64,000 nt of DNA from Amphiscolops sp. MND2022. Its lineage: Eukaryota. A program made the position numbers and the translations under genes. Under the pieces are notes generated by a model, which searched no databases, was not told the DNA's origin, and saw only the letters and a list, made by a program, of their open reading frames with translations. Location: contig OZ076409.1 in NCBI GenBank assembly GCA_964187785.1, positions 69,070,001-69,134,000 on the forward strand, in the 5' to 3' direction. Of this stretch, positions 58,201 through 64,000 are shown one piece after another (position 1 is the stretch's first letter; each line of letters begins with the position of its first letter).

Positions 58201-61153
58201 GACGGACTATTTGAGCCGTCATCCGATTATACCATCCGAGACCACTGAACTAGAAAACAAAGCGGACGGATTAATCGAAGCGGAAGCCGAAGAAGAGTTC
58301 GTCATTAATCAAATATACGGCTTATTAGAATTCAACCAAAAACGCGGCAGCATAAAACGATTCACTGAACAAAACGACACGACAGAAAAATTCAACCAAT
58401 CACAACGCGGCTTTAACACACGCGAACGGAACCAAAATACTCATTTGCTTAAAGCCTCACCGTTACCAAACAGCAGCATTCTAAACTCATTCAAAACTTT
58501 ACCGCCGCCAAGCAATAAAATGGACAAAGTCAACGGAATTGATATGGATTTTATATTTAAAAAGAGGGGCCACTCACCAGAAACGAAACGTTTATGGATT
58601 GAAAGAAACCATATCCTAAAACCGGACAAAACACGAATAGTGGGCAAGGGCAAAGAAAGCGAGAGAATTCAAGAATATAGGCCCAATCAAGCGGGGCGAA
58701 AACGAATTGCGGAATTAAACATTGAAATTTATAACCGTTTCTTCCACTATTGCGAAACATTAAACACGACCCCTCTACAAGAATTCCAACAGAACAACAA
58801 TGAATCCTGGATCAACAGCAATCAGTCCGATGGAGAAAGCCAGACGAGCCGAACAAAGCAAGACAAATGCCCCACCAACGCATTGAGACGGTTCAAGAAG
58901 CACGAAACGGTCAATCTCATTAGACTGAAACAGACGGCCAAACTGAACACGCTAGAGCCACAGCAAAACGAAAATACCGCTGACGTACTGAAGAAAGCTG
59001 AGAAGGATTTTGCACTGGACTTGCCTCTATTAGTGGAGGAGACAGCACGCGATATCAAAATTCTAAACACAATTGCCGCAATTGAACAGCAACAATTGGA
59101 GAGTATATTCTATCCATACCGCCCCCACCGCCTACATCTATCAACCAGATTCAGACTGCTATTCTATAACGACAGAATAGTCATACCGGAAAACATGCGG
59201 TCGACAAGCATTGCTATGCTGCATCACGGCCATGTCTCCAAAAACAAAATGGAACAACTTGCAGAAGCCTTCTGGTGGCCCGGCCTGAACCGAGACGTGC
59301 ACGAAAAAGCGGAAACATGCCCGAGTTGTAGAGCCGCAGGTAAGAACATCATTACACAAATTCCGTCAACGGAGAAAAATAATTTAGAAATTCTAACCGA
59401 GCCGAATCAAGAGATTCAATTGGATTTCGCCGGTCCAATCAAATCAAAATCACGCGGTGACGTTTACATTTTAGTAGCAGTAGACCGTTTTAGTAAGTGG
59501 CCCACCGCACAAGTATGCAAAAGTGCGGATACTCGGACCGTTTTGAAATTTTTAACCGAATATTTCACGAACAACGGGACACCACAGTGCATTAGAACCG
59601 ATAACGGCAGCTGCTTCAAAAGCAGCGAATTTAAAAAATTTTGCGCGGATGAAAACATAAAACGAATAAGATGCACTCCGAACTTACATACCGGCACTGG
59701 TCTAGTCGAGCGTACGATACGGACAATTAAGTCATTAACTAGAGCGAATATGGCCGATGGATTAAAATTTGAAGACAGCATCCAATTAGCAATCAAAACA
59801 ATCAGACAAACTCCACACAGTAGATTAAATATGACGCCATTTCAAATGCACTTAGGCAGAAAGCCAAGAACTGCACTTATCAACATAATCGGTAAACCTG
59901 AATGTCTGTTATCCAATTGGAAGAATACACTAACTAATTACATTTCAGCACAACCAACAGAGTTACAAGTAGTCACCATCAACGATGCTGAAGGGGAAAT
60001 GGCTGACTACCTGGTGCTCAACGATACTCGAAAAAGAAGTCGTACGGTAAGCCGGAAATTCAAAAACTATCAATTTTTAGAAAAAGAAAGCAGACCCAAT
60101 TCAATGAAATGTGGTTTCAAAACGGATAAAATTTTAACGGCAACAAAAGAAACCGACCATACTGTCACTACCTCTGACGGCAGAATAATACACAAAAAAC
60201 TTGCCTCTAAACCTTTAAAATTTCAGACCCAAAGGAAACCAGACGAACCGAAGAAGGCCATCACCCGATGCAAAAGATGTGGAAAATTCAGCAGCGACAG
60301 ATACTGCGAAACACACCGACAATTAGACAACAATAACAACGATGCCGAGGAAGGACCGAGCACCAGCCGCAATTTCCCGACAATGCCCGCAAAGAAAAAA
60401 TACAAACGGGTAATCGTTTACGATTCGTCCAACACCGCCGACCACAGCTCAGGAGAAGATAACCCAAACTCCGATAGAGAAGAAGAAGATCCGGAAGAGA
60501 CAGACCTCAGAGCCGAGATCGGACGTGAAATTGAAAGACTGCGGGAACAGACACCGGCACCCACAACACAAGTCGGATGTAGCACCGGACGGGCCAATAC
60601 TCCACCACAACCGGATGTTCAGGGCACACCGATACACCGCCAAACAACGCTCGACACTGGAATCGAAATCGCCGAACCAGGAGACGGGATAACAGGTAAA
60701 ATTAGGGCGGATCAAAACTCTTACTTTGAAAAAAAATCAAATAAAATCAGAACCCGAACCGCGTAGATCCGAAAGGATAAAATCAGCACGAAGAGTAGTG
60801 AAACTAGGTGGGGTAGAATATTTTTAAAACCTTTACGTTTAGGAGACACCTACACTTTCACCACTCCAGCTCGATTCCCGTTCACTCCATTTCCACGAAT
60901 CAAGAAAGACACTACACGACAACAGTGGTTCCCTTAGAAGGTCCCGGAAGAAGGGGAATGTGGCATGAAATGGCTAAACGAACCATACTGCTGAAATGGA
61001 CAGTGAACTACCTGCCACTTTTATGATGTCATGTAACACTGATGCGTATATAGAAAAACTGAGATGACAGATACAATTTGGATTTGCTTAGATAAATACG
61101 CACTTGCTTTTTAATACATTGTATTTATCCTCCTGTTTCTCCAAGTTACTTCA
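55236..61153 (+). mobile_element. Full-length Gypsy element E (5.9 kb, 195-bp LTRs 55236..55430 and 60959..61153)
   Basis: Apparently identical TG..CA LTRs, TSD TCCTT, PBS TGGCGCAGTC at 55431, PPT GAAGAAGGGGAA at 60947-60958. Confidence 0.97.
55466..60766 (+). CDS. gag-pol: Single-ORF gag-pol polyprotein of element E (1766 aa)
   Basis: CRFC..H..C and CNICKKMGHFAKVC; IIDTGS; RT with WLDD; TTDAC RNase H; LHHGH...CPSC; LDFAGP...TDNG...LVER integrase. Confidence 0.97.
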   Translation: MDNNNTDLNSTEDRPMSSEQTTRTTNNQTMSERAEKSKYKIPILSDRETDLTKANPKMWWEQISEYILLTYNRNLDEITDEGVEYMDPHTVYHIKGDVIWALGPKAKHEIMRGQWGREIKDVKLPELLTLFKKTFLPVRNVFHSRAQFFNMKQDDNETLDEYWKRLVDIERKCEFGNITAEEIITYKFAATIKDKRARDKFIKGPLKIQLVLETIELDNYNRKYGDKKSKTKKAKKDSTSSSTSTELIGHTNQSRKRRTQLNEKKKSTNKNCRFCGKPNWSMEHICPARRAQCNICKKMGHFAKVCKSKTVSRIAETVSSDSNTESWPEVDHIQSVNGINRVDFYKTVLLVHGQPIEFIIDTGSPVTIIPPIIDLTEVKKTTKTFVDVNKNPIKFKGEAMVEVKTEKSREILPILITENKNTQPLLGLDWLDKLEIGLQGSKKTNVIRHVTEDERRKRILNEYEDLFKNNHTIKDLTIDIQLKKDAKPIQQKGRPVPIHFQKIVREELEKLIDKGHLEKADRTTENCFVSPAVITIKKDKSVKIALDSRKLNDACIKRKAAMPNMEELISKISAKITKGNGDIWMSKIDLDYAYGQAKLSKEAARHCVFSIIGGEFTGHYRFKKGFYGLSDIPTVFQEHIDSVLEFKTPVWLDDIICVTNGDIEDHEKELREVLSKLQDAGYRASEKKTELFKRELTWLGYYINQNGVKPIKDKTEAITKLEAPKNVKELKSFLGSIQHLSKFINNLSKKTDEMRKLLRKDTKWEWTPEIDEDFEKLKKEITEAPCLAHFDPQKENYITTDACNTGLGATLWQKEGEIFRPVAFASRFLTDCEKKYAINELELLGALWGLEYFRYFVYGKRVNLLTDHQALQPLLKKNRAHKQYSARLTRWLDRLSHFDVNVQYTAGKNIPLTDYLSRHPIIPSETTELENKADGLIEAEAEEEFVINQIYGLLEFNQKRGSIKRFTEQNDTTEKFNQSQRGFNTRERNQNTHLLKASPLPNSSILNSFKTLPPPSNKMDKVNGIDMDFIFKKRGHSPETKRLWIERNHILKPDKTRIVGKGKESERIQEYRPNQAGRKRIAELNIEIYNRFFHYCETLNTTPLQEFQQNNNESWINSNQSDGESQTSRTKQDKCPTNALRRFKKHETVNLIRLKQTAKLNTLEPQQNENTADVLKKAEKDFALDLPLLVEETARDIKILNTIAAIEQQQLESIFYPYRPHRLHLSTRFRLLFYNDRIVIPENMRSTSIAMLHHGHVSKNKMEQLAEAFWWPGLNRDVHEKAETCPSCRAAGKNIITQIPSTEKNNLEILTEPNQEIQLDFAGPIKSKSRGDVYILVAVDRFSKWPTAQVCKSADTRTVLKFLTEYFTNNGTPQCIRTDNGSCFKSSEFKKFCADENIKRIRCTPNLHTGTGLVERTIRTIKSLTRANMADGLKFEDSIQLAIKTIRQTPHSRLNMTPFQMHLGRKPRTALINIIGKPECLLSNWKNTLTNYISAQPTELQVVTINDAEGEMADYLVLNDTRKRSRTVSRKFKNYQFLEKESRPNSMKCGFKTDKILTATKETDHTVTTSDGRIIHKKLASKPLKFQTQRKPDEPKKAITRCKRCGKFSSDRYCETHRQLDNNNNDAEEGPSTSRNFPTMPAKKKYKRVIVYDSSNTADHSSGEDNPNSDREEEDPEETDLRAEIGREIERLREQTPAPTTQVGCSTGRANTPPQPDVQGTPIHRQTTLDTGIEIAEPGDGITGKIRADQNSYFEKKSNKIRTRTA

Positions 61154-61844
61154 TCCTTTAAAGAAAATCTGCACACTTCTGTAAAGATCTTGCAGATCTG
61201 TATGGATCTTCAAGATTCAGTGCAACGATCTTTGCAGAACCCTGCAGAGAAAATCCTGCAGATCTGCACAGATTCGCAAAGATCGAAAACCTGGGCAATG
61301 CTTTCTTTACAATTTTTTTCATACAAGAGTATAATTTGTTGGATGGTCATAACCTGTGAAGCATCCGAGCATTGTTAGTTAATAGCAGACGGTCCAAAAT
61401 TGAGAAGAGAGATGGAAAACAATTCTTTTTCGTTCCACGGAGGGGATGTAGAACAAGCAGAACTTTTTCCCGATACTCTCTCCTTGCTTCTTTCATTTTT
61501 GCTTCTTCCGTCATATGTGTTTTTTCCTTGACCATACCACTAAGCTCAGGGATGAAGAATTTGCTTACCGCCTAACAAAATTTAAAAATTTGACAACTTT
61601 TAGTTCATTTGACGCATTTTCTGATTACTATCCCATTTGTCTCCAAAAAGTATGCTAAGTAAACGATTCGTCTGTTGTTCAGCCCTTTTGTTGTTGATAA
61701 ACAAAGAGACATCAACAAAAATTGCAAAAACGTAAATAAATGTAAATAATGTGTAAGGGAGGAAAATCACCATCTGTGTAGCGTTTTTCTCAAATTCTGC
61801 CAAATCTCCACTTTATTACTCCATTGAGTATGCGGATATTTCAG

Positions 61845-61902
61845 TCACCGTGGCCCAGTTGGTGGTGCGCCTGCTTAGCAGACAGGAGGTTGTGGGTTCG
61901 AA
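61845..61902 (+). repeat. tRNA-derived SINE head or tRNA pseudogene fragment
   Basis: A-box TGGCCCAGTTGG and B-box start GGTTCGAA at tRNA-like spacing. The 3' T-stem and acceptor half are missing. Confidence 0.5.
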
Positions 61903-62920
61903 AAGAATATTGATGTTGTTTTGTAGAAAATGTGTGACAGCATTTCAAAAAATGTTATTACTTTGATTTTTTGATATTTTTGCATAGTAAAACCGTTTTC
62001 AAACCCAAAGGGTGCGAAAGCGATTTTTGCTTTTTTGTTTCTTCGGCACTGGGCGACAGTCTTATGAGAAACTTTTTTTTCACAAAAATGTTCTCACGCT
62101 GGTTTTTTCATGGGTTTGGGAGAAAAACCTTCAGGGCCCAAAGGGGTCTCCCTTTCAATTTTTTTTCAGCTGTATGAGGTGGGAATTCTTTGAAAAGTAT
62201 TCTTTGACGCTTTGTAGTACTTTGCTTTTTTTAGCCTTAAGCGGGGTGACGACTTTTGCCCGATTCGTTATGAGAATTCTGGAAATACTCACGGTGACGA
62301 AAGTTGCCCCTCTGGCTGAAAAATCTTTTTCTGACCAAAATGTCAACGCAGCAAAATTGGCACCCTTTGAGAAAATTTGAAAATTTTCGGGAAATAGTCG
62401 CAAAGTGCCGAAAAACTTCAAAAGTTGGGCTCTTTGCAACTTTTTATTCTTGTAATATGGCACACTTCAGACTTGCCTCATTTCTTGTGCAATAAATGAC
62501 AAAAATGAACAAATTGAACAAAAATATGGACCATTCAGTATTAGCACAGACAACAAGACGGGAACATCTAAAGTCGGCGGTATATCCAAGACTCAAAAAG
62601 TACAGTTTTTAACAGTCTCATAGTGCCGAAAAATGTAAAAGGGATCCATCTACTTTGTAATGGTTTTGTATTTCATATTAGAGTCTCTGGATGCGTTCAA
62701 AATGAAGTACTAAGTACTAGTGGTAAAAGTGCATAATGAACAAAAAGTGGTACATTTAGGGTGAACTCTTTGGCCTGACGAAAAAAACTAGCCACTGTAA
62801 TAGTCGGCAACTTTTCACTAGAAAAGCGCCGACTATAAAAACTTGCCTCTGAAAGAGTCGGGCATTTTTGTCACGAAAAAGAGCCGACTAATAAAACAGC
62901 TATTTTGGTAATCTAAATTC

Positions 62921-64000
62921 TGTCATATTGGGTTCAAACCGGTTCAGACTACCATTTAACCTCTACCGAGATTCGGTCTACAAACTATCTAGTCTAGATA
63001 CTAGAGTTGTTTACTAACAAACTCAATCTACATTAAATTGCATTTGATACATATGTACAATTGGATTTGATAGAGAACAGTCGAAACTAGAGATATATCT
63101 TTTATTCTTTTCCATCTTAACCTAGATCTAGAGAATACAACATGGCGCAGTCAGCCAATTTTTAAACCGAAACAAATTTCTTAACATAGAAAACGAAATG
63201 GCAGAGGAAAATACAGTCCCAAATCTCGAAGCAAAAACCACAGACGGGAATCCGGTATTTACAGCGAGACAGTGGCTAGAAAGATTCCGGCAGTTTTGCA
63301 AACGGGAACACAAGATGGATATCACACCACTAGTGAAAGGAGAAAACATGACTGATTCCGGATGGTCCGCAAAAGAACAAGCAATTCAAGAAGATTTCTT
63401 GTGGGGGAGTGGGACCGGAAGCATTATATCAGATAACCAGGGCCGAATATAAAACGGAACCCGACAGCATAAAAGTGAAAGATTTAATCCGATTATTCAC
63501 CGAATTCTACATGCCAAAAAGAAATACATACCATAATCGCGGAGATTTCTTCTGGGCGAAACAAACAAGAGGAAACACCGGAAGACTTCTGGAGACGACT
63601 AATCGAAATCGAAAAAGAATGTAACATTAACACTATTTCAGCAGAAGAATTGTTGATATCAAAATATATGACAGTAATCACCGACAAAAAATTATGGGAC
63701 AAAATAATGAAAGAAAAAACATTAGAACTGAAGAAGATAATTGAACTGATCAAGCAAAACACATATGAGAAGAAAAACAAAAAGAACACAATACCGGAAG
63801 CTTTGATATCAACAAAAGAGAAGCAAATAATAAAGGAAGAACCAATCCAGAGAATGGAAAAAGTCGGCACAAGACCGAAAAACAGAAATTTCGGAAACCG
63901 AACATGCAGATTCTGTAATGCGCCTATTTGGACTCCTTTACATAAATGTCCCGCACTACACGCCAACTGTAACAAATGCGGTAAGAAAGGACATTACGCA
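62921..64000 (+). mobile_element. gag: Gypsy element F: 5' LTR (~62921..63142), PBS and frameshifted gag; continues off the window
   Basis: TG..CA followed by TGGCGCAGTCAGC (same PBS as element E). Gag fragments similar to element E (GPEALYQI, RNTYHNRGDFFW, CRFC..H.C, CNKCGKKGHYA), broken by frameshifts near 63410 and 63565. Confidence 0.85.

Larger units (their letters stand above)
54541..61295. mobile_element. CCC-ended TIR DNA transposon (~835 bp when empty), split by Gypsy element E
   Basis: Perfect ~40-bp TIR CCCAGGTTTTCGATCTTTGCGAATCTGTGCAGATCTGCAG, 2-bp TSD CA, subterminal CAGATCT repeats. Confidence 0.9.

Noticed and set aside
61347..61803. Two short minus-strand ORFs (hydrophobic then charged) as a host gene
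   Set aside because: No recognisable domain and no convincing exon chain. Cannot be supported from sequence alone.
61845..61920. Functional tRNA gene
   Set aside because: The sequence after GGTTCGAA cannot close the T-stem or acceptor stem.

Overview
Eukaryotic (invertebrate-like, AT-rich, spliceosomal introns) genomic DNA dominated by transposable elements. One host gene is present: a 5-exon MFS transporter of the SLC18B1/vesicular amine transporter type (+ strand, 11635..45017). Its last coding exon is split by a young 16.4-kb Ty3/Gypsy LTR retrotransposon (28534..44954, 1926-bp LTRs, ACTTT target duplication). This element is the most unusual object in the window. Besides gag and -1 frameshifted pol, it carries an antisense, three-intron gene for a ~1308-aa zinc-finger/hAT-transposase-like protein. 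It also has a divergent 261-aa orphan ORF that runs into the 3' LTR, a gag that starts inside the LTR, and no obvious polypurine tract. Two introns of the host gene look like remnants of one TIR transposon family (introner-like) and seem to need non-canonical GG/GA donors. The rest comprises at least five other Gypsy-type elements (one nearly intact with a WLDD RT motif), two tandem duplications, decayed CRE-like and CR1/L2-like LINEs, hAT-type and CCC-ended MITEs, and a 76-bp palindrome. All assignments were made by eye, without database searches.
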